Assembly: GCF_003704095.1 (NCBI RefSeq)
Contig: NW_020846522.1
Span: forward strand, 1 to 64,000
Length of the DNA: 64,000 nt
Direction: 5' to 3'
Source of the DNA: Pocillopora damicornis
Taxonomy: Eukaryota
Shown here: one piece after another, positions 1-13,567 of the stretch
Numbering within the stretch: position 1 is the first letter of the stretch
How the letters are laid out: each line of letters begins with the position of its first letter
Made by a program: the position numbers and the translations under genes
The notes under the pieces: generated by a model
What the model saw: the letters and a program-made list of their open reading frames with translations, nothing else
Database searches by the model: none
What the model was told of the DNA's origin: nothing

Positions 1-544
1 AGAGTCCGAACGCTTGATCCGAGAAGCGAAAAATCCAATCTTTAAACGACCGGGCAGCCACAAATCCAACGAAAAATCCAAGCATATATATTGTAGTTTC
101 ATTTCAATTTACTACAAACTTAATCTTCTCCGTGAAACCGACGCTACGCCGCAGTTTGCTTCAGAAATTTCCAGTTTAGACCAGACGTGACCGCTACGAC
201 TCTTATTTCGCAAGTTGATCATCTCACAACTGGAGCTTAGGTCGCCTGTAGTAAACTTACAAGTATAATTCATGGCGCGTGTCATCTGATGCATTTACAT
301 GAAAAATTTAATATACTTCTAACTTTTCCAAATTAGGATATCATAGAAAGAAAACTCAGATAATGTGTCAGCGGTGATTTGTTTCTCCTCTGACACTGAT
401 TTTCGAGTTAATTAAATTGTTTTCAAACTGTAAAGGACGTCGATTTAAAAATGAATACATATTTTTAGTTGGAATTTCGCGAATGACTGGATGTGTTTAT
501 CATCTCTTATAGCGACGAAAGTTACCCTCAGCATCACGTATGAG

Positions 545-763
545 AGCGGCGTTGACTGCCAAATGGAAACTTAAATAATCTGTCAGGGTTTCCTTTCTCA
601 GACCACGAAAATTCTGATGGTTTCACGTTGTTGTTTCGCAGAGAACGGCCAAGAAATGTACACAGTTTTAAGGCGCTCACGTTAAACTATTTTTGTGCTC
701 ATTGAATCTTTGTTTTGCCACGTCCTCGTTGCCGTCGCCGTGGTGGTTTGCCAAAGGTCCCTG
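545..763. repeat. Dispersed MITE-like repeat fragment
   Basis: GC-richer block ending ...gccacgtcctcgttgccgtcgccgtggtggtttgccaaaggtccct. It resembles an abundant repeat I recall from coral genomes. There is no second copy in this window, so this is recall only. Confidence 0.35.
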
Positions 764-3700
764 ATGATGAGCAAAGTTGCCCGAAGCAAATGAGGAAAAC
801 CGGAAAATGTGCTGATGATTGAGACAGATATACAGCTTTCAAAATTACCATTCGAGATGATTGTTAATGTTTTTGTACCAAGGCTGTTACTTGTATACAG
901 AAAAGGAAACCTCGTTTCTAACATCATGGATGGCAATTTTTGGTTTGACGGCGACTTCTATGTTCGAAATCTGGACGCCAGAGTGGAGCTCCGCCACTAC
1001 CAATTGCTTTAAAAGGGATTTTTTTCTTATCTTGACAGAACTTTCGTTCTTCTTTGAGCCTGTTTTTTTTTCTTCTTTTTTACCAAGGGCTTTCTTCCGC
1101 TCTTTATTTTTGTTTTAGCAACGATTTTTCCTCAATCAAAGAGATTCCATGAGTGAATTTTGTAAAGTGAGCGATGTGGGCAAACTATGAAAATAACATG
1201 AAAATCGAGAGTTTGAATTCAGTTTACTCAAATAGAAGAAAGAATCGATTTTTTCGGTCTCTGAAGGTGTGAAGTAACCTTAACATAGGAGTGAATCATG
1301 CAAATCACAACTTTTCAAAACAGTGTATTAGTTAGTCCCAAGGTAATTGAACGGCCGCAATGATGTGACAGGTGTTGCTTCTTGTCATGACGAAACTTGG
1401 AAAATAAAGCAAAGGGCGATCAAAATTGTTTCGTAGGTTTGAATACATAAAGAACCTGAAGGAACGCACCAGCACTCACCAGCGCCATTTCGTGTTTTAT
1501 TTCGTAAGCCCGGGCATTGATCCATCCTCTGACATTATAGGCTCTCTGGAACAGTGGGTTGATTGTTTTGTCCGTCAGGATTTCGTTTGCTGCCGTTTCC
1601 ATCTGTAGTAGAAGTGAAACTGGGGAAATTTCTTTCGTTAGTTTAGTAACAGACGTCAACGAAATTACCAGTCTTCAATCACACCGCATCAATAGTTTAT
1701 GTTAAAAAGTACCCTAAGAGTGGCCTTAAGCAATTCCATTATGTTTTTTTTTCTTTTTAAACGACGGTCGCTCAAAATTGGCGTCTTTCTTTTATCATTT
1801 TCTGATCGTTTATCAAGCAAGTTATCTTTTCGCTGCCATTGAAACAGGTAACTCCGCCCACGCTCCTCCTGAAGAAGGCACCAGACAAGAGTGTCGAAAC
1901 GTTGGGTCTGTGAATTGCAACTTCTTCGGTTACATTCAATAAATCTGTAGACCAGAGTAGCATCAAACCATGTCTGATTGTCCACCTGGTTGCAATGTGA
2001 ACTTTAATATATCGGTAGAGTACTTTTACTCCTAAATACACTACAGACGGCAACGGTGGGGTACGGAAGGACCTGGATCGAGAACGGCGTTGTTCCCGCC
2101 AAAAACAAACCTTTAGGCGCGTCCATCACTTCACGACGGCATAAGTAGTGACGGTCATCAGCCGCTGAGTCTTTTCACGGATTTTTATCTGCAATATTTT
2201 TNNNNNNNNNNNNNNNNNNNNNNNNNNNNNNNNNNNNNNNNNNNNNNNNNNNNNNNNNNNNNNNNNNNNNNNNNNNNNNNNNNNNNNNNNNNNNNNNNNN
2301 NTTACCGTAAAGTCACTCGTGTGTGCCTTTAAACAAGACCCGCAGCATCAGCATTTCATGAAACGCGATACTTCAGGAAAGACAGTTACCCTCCGTATGC
2401 AAAATCATTAGATATTTGTGGCGAATGGAAAGCTTCATGGTGAGAACGTTCAATTCAAGGGGAAGTGTAATTTTTTNNNNNNNNNNNNNNNNNNNNNNNN
2501 NNNNNNNNNNNNNNNNNNNNNNNNNNNNNNNNNNNNNNNNNNNNNNNNNNNNNNNNNNNNNNNNNNNNNNNNNNNNNNNNNNNNNNNNNNNNNNNNNNNN
2601 NNNNNNNNNNNNNNNNNNNNNNNNNNNNNNNNNNNNNNNNNNNNNNNNNNNNNNNNNNNNNNNNNNNNNNNNNNNNNNNNNNNNNNNNNNNNNNNNNNNN
2701 NNNNNNNNNNNNNNNNNNNNNNTAAATGTCAGTAGAGATCATTTGCCTTAGACAGAGCAGCCTTGAACGGGAGTAACTAAGGTCTGGTCACATGCAAGCA
2801 TCATAGTGCGTCAAAACCAATAAATAGTTGGTAACTAATTCCTATTGACACTATAGTCTTTCCGTAAGCAACATACTAAAGCATTTCAAACTGAAAGTTC
2901 AAGAATTATCATGGAACACTTTCTTCAAGTTCGAACACTGAAAAATCTGCAACGCCTCGCTGCGAAAATGATTCGCAAACTTCTATGGCAGTAAAGGAAA
3001 AAAATTGATCTGAAAAACTCTTTTTTTTTGGTTTAGTAAAAAGGACTGACCTGATTTGAGAACCTGTATTGTACAGGAATTGTGTATGTTTGTCGGGGAC
3101 AGGAACTTGTCGATTCCATTTTACTCCTTAAAATTAATACTGATTAAAAGTTTTCAGTATTTTTAAGCTTACATGTGTGTCGCCGAGCATTACTATTATT
3201 ACTATTTTTTGAACGCTTTTTATTTCTGCGAATCGAATCACGTGAAAATATTATTTATAAAAACCCCGCAGAAATCATCACGTGCCTTACAGTTGTGTAA
3301 CTGATCTGGACGAATAAACTTTTATTACTTTTCCTTGCAATAAATTGCAGTTTGCATATTTTTAGGTGAATATCCACAATTGATTATACAGGTTAACGCA
3401 CAATATTCACAATATTCGATTCTTCAACAAAAAAGGAATCATTGACGCGAATAACGAAATAATTGTCCTTGGCAAGTGCTCTTAAATTTGAGGAAGCAAT
3501 AATCTTGCGCGTTGTCAGTGTACACGGCATGATCCATGGATAACTTGGAATCATGATGTGATTTTTATAATAAAGAACACAAGTAGTAGGTGTCACTCAA
3601 TCAGATGTTTCTGAGACACTGCTGGTCACGTGTTAAGTATGAATCGTAACCACCGACCACATTTTCTTTAATTTCACCAACATTGTTATGAATATACATT

Positions 3701-4037
3701 GCATAGTTCACAGTTAGCTCAGTATTTTTAAGAAATAATTATTCTATCTCACTTGAATTTAACAACATAGCGATTGAATATCACACAGAGCTTCGTGTAG
3801 AACATTTACACTCGTACTTAAAAGACTACTTACAAATGAAAATCATAATTTAAAAACAGTCAAAAATTCAAAAATTTTCTTTTCTATTTAAGAGAAGACA
3901 AATCTCTTCGTGTTTACCTTAGTGTGCACTGTCGGATAGGTTAGAATTTCTACAATTTGCCTCTATTCAAACATTAGTGTTATTATTATTGGGAAGAAAC
4001 TGAAGCCTAAACCGCAGTTAGAATTGGTTTCTTTTTT

Positions 4038-4652
4038 CTAACCGAAAAACTGCATCCAGTTATACTGTTTATAACTAGATGCACTGCTTGATGTCTCGCT
4101 GGTGCTGGACATGTTTTTCTGCATTTTAGCCTCACCTTGCATTATTTTCATGTACAACCCTTTGCTTGCCTCTGGGAGAGAGTTTTGAGCGCAGTGTACG
4201 TGCATGCCTGGAGGAAAAAAGTCTGGAAATGCCATCTGATTGTTACCTTTGTCGCGCGAGGTAACAGATAAATTGCGCTTGAGATTTCGTTTAAAATAAG
4301 TGGAAGTATTCTCTGTATTTTCTCGATGTTTCTGCTGCTGTCTCTGCGTATTACTTAATCCCCAATATTCTTCTTCAGGAACATTTATATTAACTTGGAA
4401 GCTTTTGTCCTCACTGTGGTGAGGTAGGATTCCTAATATTCCAGACGAGATATTTTGTTTTGGTCTAGCATCTGAAACAGTTTCTTCACAATCTTCGTCG
4501 ATCTCATAAATTGGTGGCAAATGTTTCGGAGAATTCCTTTTTCGTGTAAGAGAAGGTAATTTTGCGCTTCGTAAGTTTCTTTTGGCGTTCCTGCTGGACT
4601 CCTGACGATAAATGGTCATATTAATGAATTTCCTTCCCTTTCTGTGGAACAT
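4038..4652 (-). CDS. Motif-family member A (204 aa, uncharacterised, probably disordered)
   Basis: ATG-initiated ORF containing KHLPPIYEIDEDCEE (LxxIxE at 4503-4520), QMAFPDFFPP and terminal NWMQFFG*. TATAAA on the minus strand at 4896-4901. Confidence 0.85.
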   Translation of the reverse strand: MFHRKGRKFINMTIYRQESSRNAKRNLRSAKLPSLTRKRNSPKHLPPIYEIDEDCEETVSDARPKQNISSGILGILPHHSEDKSFQVNINVPEEEYWGLSNTQRQQQKHRENTENTSTYFKRNLKRNLSVTSRDKGNNQMAFPDFFPPGMHVHCAQNSLPEASKGLYMKIMQGEAKMQKNMSSTSETSSSASSYKQYNWMQFFG

Positions 4653-7600
4653 AACGCTTGTAAAAAGTCATCGTTGTACTTGATAATTATCTTCGTGTTT
4701 CAATCGATTCACGTGAAATCGTCAGATGTTCCTCGTGAAGGTGTTTTGATTACAGCTTGAAATCATCGAGCAACACTCCACTCTGAAATAAGCAAACTCA
4801 TCAAGCAGGAAAAAAAGAAGTCCGTTTCGGTGATTCCACGATTTTCATGGCAAGCGTAAATCAAGTTTACCCCAATTAGCTGAAATATGTGTTTCTTTAT
4901 AGCAACTAGAACAGATTTACGCTAAGTTACCTGCCCACGTTTGATCCAGCGAGTTTAAAAATAACCCATATCCGCCAACTTGTTGTTCTAAGCGAGGTGC
5001 GAATGTCTTTGTGATTGGTTCCGCCAAAACTTGTTTTCTAGCTTTCCGAAGATAACTAAATGCATGTCACGTCTCTCAAATCGCTTTTTTTTCCCTAAAG
5101 CAAGGGCTGTTTGGTTTCCGAAGACGCCGAAAATTAATTCAGCTATCGACAAAAAAGCTTTTCACAACTACGCTGTTTTCTTTATTGACCCAAAAATCTA
5201 ATTTTGGCTTCTATTCAAATGGGATACTAGGAGGGGAAATATTGCTGTCATTTCATTTGTTTTAACGACGATAAATTTTTGAGAAGATAGCAAAACAGGT
5301 CTCATGCCTATTATAATCTCGACATTTGCGGGCTTATTTGAAAAGCAAAATGACAAGGGGTTTTTGAACGCTCCAATGCGAGCTCAGGTGCAGGCAGGTG
5401 GATAAGATAACCGCTGCGGGAAACCGAAATGCCTCAGGCTACAGAATAATAGTCAACTGTCAGAGCTCTGTAGATATACCCTCACAAGGCACCAAAGCAC
5501 GCACAGAAACGACATGCCTAATCCATTTAAATAAGATCATCCAATTTCCAAAAACGTTGAACTCTATCTTCTTAAAGTACATCTATTAATGTAGGTCACC
5601 GATACCATGCATGGGGCGTCTTATTTCTTTTTACCTTTGTTTTCTTATTTTAATTTTCAGTTCAGATCCATCACGTTTTCAAGATGGTGAAAATTAAATT
5701 TGATTGCATAACATATGAAACTGAAGACAACATTCGTTTTGAGTCGAACATTTGTTTTTAAAACTTCTGTTTGTCTACTACAGGTGCCAGTAGACATCGA
5801 GTTCTCCCGCTTTGCAGGCAATAAACTATACCATGTTCAAAAAAAAGTAAATTGAATTCAACGTTTCGTGATCAATTGATGACATTTTATTGTTGATATA
5901 TCGTATTTATGTACATTAGAATTTGCAGTTCCTCTGATTGGTTACAAAACCCATTGTTTATCACAGCAATGAAACATGGACGTATTAAATTTTAAAGGTG
6001 CATTAAATCTGCAGTACCTGTTTTATAAAGTAGGCTCCATATGTCATCTGAGATGATTCTCGTCGTCTGTTTTGTTCGATGACATTAATTCAGTAATTCT
6101 TTGAGTAGTATCATACTCCTGGAACGTTAACTGCTATGCATTAGACTCACACTCTTTACCTTCAACGCTGATTTACATAAAAAGGAAAATGATGATAAGC
6201 ACAATGCTTTGCTTCGTCTGATGGAACAAATCAGTCTGCTTAATTTTTCTTAGAAATAAAGAAAAATACAAAGGGGTTTATAAGTATTTATCACTGAAAA
6301 AATGGTGAAATTGACGATTAAATAATAAAGCAAGTAATAAAACAACAGTCTCTCGAACTACACTACAGCTTCAATCATAAAGGTTTTCATTGAAAGTCAA
6401 CCTTTCATTCTGTTCTTTCTATATTTTTCCGCGAATGATATGAGATTAAGAGAAATGGGCTATTATAATTTTTTACAACTTGAAGTGTGTTCTTGAGGAG
6501 TTGTTCACCAAACACAATACTAGTATTTTTATTCTTAATTTGGGTATGAGGAAATTTTTACATCAGGAAAGAAAGTGTTTCATGATTTATCTCTAACCGT
6601 AATCAAATCTTGCTCGATCCCATACGCTTCCCATTTTGCCTTCAGTCACCGTTTTTTCCCATAATCGAACATTCATTATATGAACGTTCGTCTTTGGCGG
6701 CTGTAGCAAGGCCTTTGACATTCACCAAGAGTGGACTATACATAACGAAATCATAGAAAAACAGGGAAAAACATTCGGTTATACACTTCGACTGCAAAAT
6801 GAACCAAAAAACCAAAAACCACTTTAAACTGTTCATTACCCTTGAAATACCTTGTAGCCACTGAATGAGAAAGAGCGACCTGGAGGTAAAAAGGGATTTT
6901 ACTGCATCTATTTTACCACACAGATCTGGAGATTTTAATATCAGTTTTCATTCACCTTGGTATAAGTTAGTATCAAGAGCAAAGGCTGTTCTTAAGGTGG
7001 TTATTTTTACCGAAATTTGTCTGCAGAAAATTGCTTTAGGGTGTGACATTTCAAAAATGACAAATTGGATAATTAGTGGTGTTATACTTTTATTCAATAA
7101 CACACAATACAATTTTGAATAAGTAAAGAGAATTATGTATTTTTCCAAGAAAATTTGGAAATCATCATTTTGGTAAACGTGAATCGCTAACTCCTGTACG
7201 TCATGATGACGTCAGAGGGAGCTCAATCAACAGAGAATGTTTCCTCTCTGATGAGGGCTCAGGATGTTAACCATCACGGAGGTGTTAACAAAGTCAAATT
7301 TAAAAAGAACTTGCAGATGTATTTGCTAATTTCAGCACTCTTAGAAGGCTGCTACGTGATCTCATTTAGATACCCAAAAACAAATTTTTAGAAAACCAAA
7401 AGCTTATGAATCCAATGCAATAATTCTTGCATTTTAAATTAAGTTTCACTTTTTTCAACAAATTAAATTAAGGCGTATACTTGATAGCAGTCAAGAATAC
7501 TTGATGATTCTAAATTGTTCAAAAAGAAATAAAGAAGAAGAGCTTTCTTACACAATTTATGAAATTAAAGACATGGATTTTAGGTTCACGAAAAACTTCT

Positions 7601-8405
7601 TTTTCGAGTGTTGATTTAGAAACGAAATGTTTTTAATTTTTCCGTGTGTGCGGAAAACTAAGGAAACTAATTTTTTTTTTAATTTGATGGAGTTATTTCT
7701 TCTTTGGGAAATATTCCAGTCCTGGGGCTGATAAAAACAATTCATTTAGTTTACGATGTCATTTCCGTCAAAAGATGATTTCAAAAACCGTGCTGGCAAC
7801 TACATTTACCACAAATCTCGAAGAGCCTATTGCAAGATGTCACCAGGATTAATTATCTTAGTTTCGTATTGGAGAGGAAGGAACTTCGGGCGAAATACTC
7901 ACCTGATCCCTGACTCTTATTATTTTCAAATATTATCGATATATTTTGCGATACAAGTACAAATATAATGTGTTTAGTTTTAAAAGTCGAGCGCAGTCCA
8001 TTAAGAAAGTAAGTAGAATTAACACAAAAAAATTCCAGAAAGGGAATTTATCTCAACATACTATTAAAAAAAAAATTTTAAATTTTAACATGAAAATCTA
8101 TAAAGGATCCGTTAGACTGTCTAGTAATCAGCGAGGAGAATGATTTGTGATGTATATATATATACATAGATTTCATCAAAATGTACAGTACGTAGTTTCA
8201 ACTCTAAAAAGAAAACAAGTCTCTCCTATGGTAATTAATGATTGATTGAAGTTTGTTAATTCTCTGTCAGTGTAGAGGTCTAATCGACAAGACTGATAAT
8301 TGAGGAAAACATACAGTTATTTTTTTTTTTATTTTTTTTATTTTTTTTATTTTTTTGCTGTTTCGAAAAGAATTAAGAATAGTGTGGCTTGCGTTGCAAA
8401 ACACC

Positions 8406-8579
8406 TAGTGGCAGATCCTAACCTGGAGCTAAGGGGGGGGGGGGGGGGGGGGGGAAGGGCTCGGTTTTTGTCGCTTGCCCTGCCGGCTTTTCTTCCGTCT
8501 GCGGTTCACTTTTTTTTTTTTACCCAAAGTAAGGGGCGGGGGGGCGGGCCCCACGGGCCCCTCCCCGAGTCCGCCACTA
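8406..8579. mobile_element. Small non-autonomous TIR element (MITE) with poly-G tract
   Basis: Ends tagtggcagatc... and ...gagtccgccacta form an imperfect inverted repeat around a long G run and a T-rich interior. No convincing TSD. Confidence 0.6.
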
Positions 8580-10352
8580 ATACCCACGAGAGAAGTTTCA
8601 AAAATAAAAATCCTCAAGACAATTTTTTGAATGAACGATTTTTATGCATTTAGGTGGATTGACTTCCAGTGTACTCGACACAAAACACTTGTACTTTGAT
8701 GGAGCAGACAATGATATATTCGAATTATGTGAATCATGGAATTTATTCGAGAAGATCATCAACAAGCAGCCATAAAGTCATCCGATACTTCAGCGAAAGA
8801 TCTGGAAGACACGATCATTTTATAACATAATTATTTAAGGTATTCAACTTGATATTTCAGGTTTTGGAGATATGACCGAACAAAAGAATTAATCTTCAAG
8901 CGTCAAATTGGACTTTGAATTTATAAATGATGAAAACAACATACCACCAAAGCAAATATGAAAGAGAAGGAGCAAGAGGAGTGGATCTGAAATAGTAATT
9001 GATTTGCATATGGATATTGCGAGAGAGTTAAAAATACGGAGAGTCACTTGAATTGTATTTGGAATATGCCATTTGATGGAAAGCAATAAATTTTTGGATT
9101 TTTTTTGCTTACTAAGGGAAATCTACACAGATTTCCTCCAAAAATTTAATGCTTCCGCAAAATACTTATGCTATTTTAAGGTTTGTGCTTATCGGCTGAA
9201 ACACGTCTTGTTTACCTGGCAAAAAATGCCCGTCAACTTCGATAATAAATACTTCCCGAATAAAGCTGCAACGATCACGTAGTCCTACGTACAAACAAAT
9301 CGATTCTTTTTACCAACTTCAGTTTCTTGGTTTTCTGGTCTTTTCGTCCTCCCACAGATCGAAATGGAAGTAGTCTCAGGGCCAGAAACAAAGATATTAA
9401 CTTAAAAGAGAAAACGCGAATATGCTTTTAAATTGGTATCAACAAGTCCAATATACATGTACTTAAAAGATGTATTTTTATAAATATTTGTGAGCACGTT
9501 TTGATTTGTTTTGCCTCTTAAGAATTTATGATCCCATCTTTTCTTCCGAAGTATAGTCATTTTTAGAGATAAATCCGAAGATGGTGAATTTTTTACTAAG
9601 ATCGAAATTGACGCAGACAGAAATGTTTGTTAGCACTTATGAAGATAATAATGAAAATCTTATAATCGTGTTTTACAACTCGATGAGGAATTCAACGGAA
9701 ATTGAAGTAAATTACAGGTTTTCGTTTAAATAATTCCTATTATTGCGTTTCCTCCTCCAAATAAACTATATAAAGCAAATATAATTTGCCCGCACTAATG
9801 GTGCGGAATGTATCAGAGTATGTCTTGACCATGAGACGAAGTCTGTTAGTGACTCAGATCGAAATAGAACCTACTGGGTAAATATAGTTGAATGTCACCA
9901 AAATTAATTATTCAAAACGAGATAAAATTATAGTTTTGATGAGGGACACGAACTATTGTAGAAACAACAATGAAACCAGCGCTGGAGAAATCTTCCGATT
10001 AAAACTTTATAAATTTTGAATAACCACATGGTGGAATTTTCGTTATTATTTTCACTATTTTTTTGTTTCTATGCGTGACAAAAACATGATATTGCCCTTT
10101 AGAAAGTACGTGACGCTTTTATGCCAAAATATTTGCTTTTCTAGAGGGTCTCTCACTCTTATATTGGCAAGTAACACGTAGCCTCTAATTCAGACTGTTC
10201 CAGCATTTCAAACAAGACCACTATAAATTACAACTGGGCGACTTGAAGAGCATTAAGAAAACAAAACATTGTCTGAGAAACACAAAATTAGTATCTTCAC
10301 ACCAGTACGAGAACAGCACATCCCACTGGTTTTAAACGTACTCAACAAAGCG

Positions 10353-10850
10353 ATGGAAAAGCCAAGCCGTTTATTGCATAGAAGCAAACGCTGTCTACAG
10401 CCTCTGGCTACGATATCCGAAGACATCGGAGAGACCCGAAAAAGCAGAAGACGAGAGAATGAAATTTGCCAAGATTGCGCAGACACAAGGGTGAAGGAGT
10501 ACAATGAACTTTTGTACGAGAGCACTCACTGTCTTCACATCAAAACTTTACCAGAAGATACACAATTACAAACTGAACTTCGCACTGAACTGAACTTGAG
10601 AGAGTCAAGGCTAGTTGTTTCCAAGAATGGACATTCGAAGGACATAAATTTTGCTAAAAATCTTTTTCCGGAGTTCTTTCCCAGAGACCTAGAACAAGGA
10701 TATAATTCTCACAGTGGCTTATGGGCAGCAAAACTGACAATGGAGGAAGTATTTTCAGGACGGATTCGCAGTGCTCGTGTTTCAGAGAAACAAGGACTTA
10801 ATCAGGAAGCAAGCTTTGAATATTGGAAACAATATCAATTATCATTCTAA
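10353..10850 (+). CDS. Motif-family member B (165 aa from first ATG)
   Basis: The ORF track start at 10269 is TTG; the first ATG is 10353 (aaagcgATGG). Contains LQPLATISEDIGE (10404-10421), FAKNLFPEFFP, TMEEVFSGRI and terminal FEYWKQYQLSF*. TATAAAT at 10222-10228, AATAAA near 11151. Confidence 0.85.
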   Translation: MEKPSRLLHRSKRCLQPLATISEDIGETRKSRRRENEICQDCADTRVKEYNELLYESTHCLHIKTLPEDTQLQTELRTELNLRESRLVVSKNGHSKDINFAKNLFPEFFPRDLEQGYNSHSGLWAAKLTMEEVFSGRIRSARVSEKQGLNQEASFEYWKQYQLSF

Positions 10851-12311
10851 CAATCTAAACTTAATCGATCATCTTTGAGAAATACGTGTTGACTACGTTT
10901 GATAGTTATTAGCAATCGGTGAAAAAAAATTCGAATGGATCAGTAAATTGGATTTATGCACACGTACCCCTCATAAACGTTGTAATTTATCACCTGTTTC
11001 TATTCAAGTGAATAGAATGGCAGACTAGATATGAGATTGTCTAGCCAAATGTGAGATGTATTAACTACCCCAAAATATGGAAAAATTAATTTGTTAGACT
11101 TTATACGTAAAAGCTAGTGTTTTTATTTTCAAAACATTGCGTATTAAACGAATAAAAAACCAATGATGTTCCTCCGTATTTCTTCAGTCCTCCCCAGTCA
11201 ATTTTCATATTCAGGAAAGGTCTGTCACGAGGGTAGTTAATAGTGGTGCATTCTATTGGCTGAGCGACGTCGAAGAAACCTCATTAACAACGAATTGCCG
11301 GAAGCTTTCTTGATAAGATGTCCGACTCTTTACCCAGTAGCTTATTCTAATCACAAAATCACAAGTTTAGAGTCTGCACAAAATTGAAAATTTATTTATC
11401 GTGCGCTTAATAACGAGTTTCTTACTTAGATTAAGTTCTTCACTATCTTGCGCGAGAAATTGACGATTTGATAATGCACGATGACAAATATTGCGGCATA
11501 TTCAAAGAGCGAATTAAATATCTGATGTAGGCCAAATGAACTCACGTCTAATTCGTGAGAGCTAAAAAAACACTGCGGCCTCATCACACACTGTAAAATC
11601 GGATAAACGATGAAAAAGAAGTTAATTCCTTCGTGCGATATTTTCCACAATGACATTTCTTCTTGAGCTGATTTCAGTCACAAGTCTTCGAACAACACAC
11701 GTGTTATTCGTTTTAGAATTCGACAATAGTTCATTTAGTATTTCGCCTTTTAAAATATCACGTTTCATTTGAAAAGTTATTGCATATATCTACACACAAA
11801 TGTTCAATGTTTCACACACGAGCGCCACTGAATTTTATTAGATCTACGTTTTTATCATTGTTTACTTCTTTTCACTCCTGATTTAATCAATAAGAGGCTC
11901 CTATGTTTGTCTTATATGAACGAAAGATGGATTTGGGTTTGATGAAAGGGAACTAAAAATATTAAATATATTCACCTGCTGAAAAAGATATGACAATTAC
12001 AAGTTGGATTCATTTTCACAAGAAAGAAAAATTGTGTTCTCCTCACTCCGCATATTCAACTTTTGGTTTTTAAATTCAAAGTTAAATAAATTGAAATCTT
12101 TTTCAAATAATTCTTTTGTCAAGGAACAAAGCAGAATATTATAATTACTTTTCAACGCACGTAAAGATGTGTCTGCACGGGTCATCAGCTAAACAAACAA
12201 TTAACGCGCCGGTATTGTATTATACTGCAGTCAACTCCTTTTATGGTAAAATGAAAAATTTAGTACCGGGCTAAGCCAGCTAGAGTAAAAAAAAAACGCA
12301 TTTATTTATAA

Positions 12312-12485
12312 AACAAACACGCCTGCTTTTGAAGTTGCTGTCTGAACAGAAGAAAAATGAATGACCTTCCTTTTGCTAGAAAGGGCTAAGCCCGCTTGAG
12401 TGAAAGTTATGTAACAAACACGAATGCTTTTGAAGTTGCAGTCTAAATGGAAGGAAAATAAATGACCTTCCTTTTACTGGAAAGG
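12312..12485 (+). repeat. Local ~100-bp direct duplication upstream of member C
   Basis: aacaaacacg..tgcttttgaagttgc.gtct.aa...aatgaccttcctttt.ct.gaaagg occurs at 12312-12385 and 12413-12485. The homologous region upstream of D (about 17686-17756) has one copy. Confidence 0.75.
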
Positions 12486-12778
12486 TCGTTAAACATGACA
12501 ACAATGGCCATGTCGGAAAGGACAGATGTTGTTTCCCAGCAGGCCATTCAACGAACTTGCATACGTAGAAGCAGTTAAAAAGACTAGAACCTCCTAGAAT
12601 AGTCGTTTTCGAAGGTTTCCATCGAATTTCAAGAACACGAATCCGAAGCATAAAATTTAATTCCTTAATAATAACACAAAAATGATATTCTTCGACATCC
12701 AAAGTGATGCAAACGATTTGGCAAAACTCTGGGAGCATTACTCTTCACGTTCAGATGAGTGTGATGGATGTAAGAAGT

Positions 12779-12801
12779 GCAACGTGACCACGCTGACGTA
12801 A
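12779..12801 (+). promoter_or_regulatory. Conserved upstream block of C with CRE/ATF-like TGACGTAA
   Basis: gcaacgtgaccacgctgacgtaa is identical at 17825-17847 upstream of D while the flanks have diverged. Confidence 0.55.
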
Positions 12802-13039
12802 CAAGATGACGACGAACGAAGCCATGCTTGTTGATATAACTGTGCACCAAACATCAAGCTTCAGTTCAAGGCGACTTAGGAATTTCATTTTGGTGCCGGA
12901 TACATTCTTGATCTATAGCTGTAGTATTTGCAGGGTGCATTGTCGTAAAGCGAGCATAAAAACAGGAATTGCACCAAAGCAAACACAGATCGGGTTTGAA
13001 GGCCTTGAATAAATTCCCACCGCTTAGCTAAGAGGAGCG

Positions 13040-13567
13040 ATGAACCAAGCACCCGAGAATGAGTGCAGCCAAGGAGTATGCAAGGTGGCTAGAAGACCTA
13101 CTTCTCTACCGAGTCCATTCATACATACAAGGATGGAGATCAATCCAGCAGATTTGACGGCTGATCTTCAAGGAGTACAAGCTGCAGGGAATACGTTTGG
13201 CAACGAATCACGTCTAAAGTATGGCAAGCTCCTGATCCCAGGAGAGTGCAACAAAGAGGATCACAATGGAGCAGCAGAGAAAAGTTACCAGCGTAAAAGC
13301 TTGCTGAAGAGAAGAAGACATAGTGAGCCTCTTCACTCTGCTCATGCAGAAGTACAGCTCAATTCCACAGGAAGTTCTGCTGATTCTTCTGGATCAAGCC
13401 TATTGTTGGAAAACCACAAGACGAGAAACTTCCGCAAAAAAGATATTACAGCAGCTAAGGCATTTTTTCCCGACTTTTTCCCTCAACAACCCTTACGAGA
13501 CAGGTACGATTGCTTACATTCGCATCCAACCTTGGAACAGATTTTCTCAGGTCAGATTAAGTCTTAA
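13040..13567 (+). CDS. Motif-family member C (175 aa), paralogue of D
   Basis: ATG in ggagcgATG context. Contains DITAAKAFFPDFFPQQP and PTLEQIFSGQ, plus RRHSEP and RPTSLP sites. It lacks LxxIxE and the terminal W motif. Confidence 0.8.
   Translation: MNQAPENECSQGVCKVARRPTSLPSPFIHTRMEINPADLTADLQGVQAAGNTFGNESRLKYGKLLIPGECNKEDHNGAAEKSYQRKSLLKRRRHSEPLHSAHAEVQLNSTGSSADSSGSSLLLENHKTRNFRKKDITAAKAFFPDFFPQQPLRDRYDCLHSHPTLEQIFSGQIKS

Noticed and set aside
750-1150. Lys-rich minus-strand frame with nearby HFPVFL and CFG, a possible family relic
   Set aside because: Multiple stops, no LxxIxE or W motif, and the similarity is within chance.
1420-2053. Overlapping minus-strand ORFs in slightly GC-richer DNA
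   Set aside because: No recognisable domain or family motif. It could be an exon or TE remnant, but I cannot support a call.
8300-8653. 117-aa poly-Gly ORF and antisense poly-Pro ORF
   Set aside because: Produced by homopolymer runs in a MITE.
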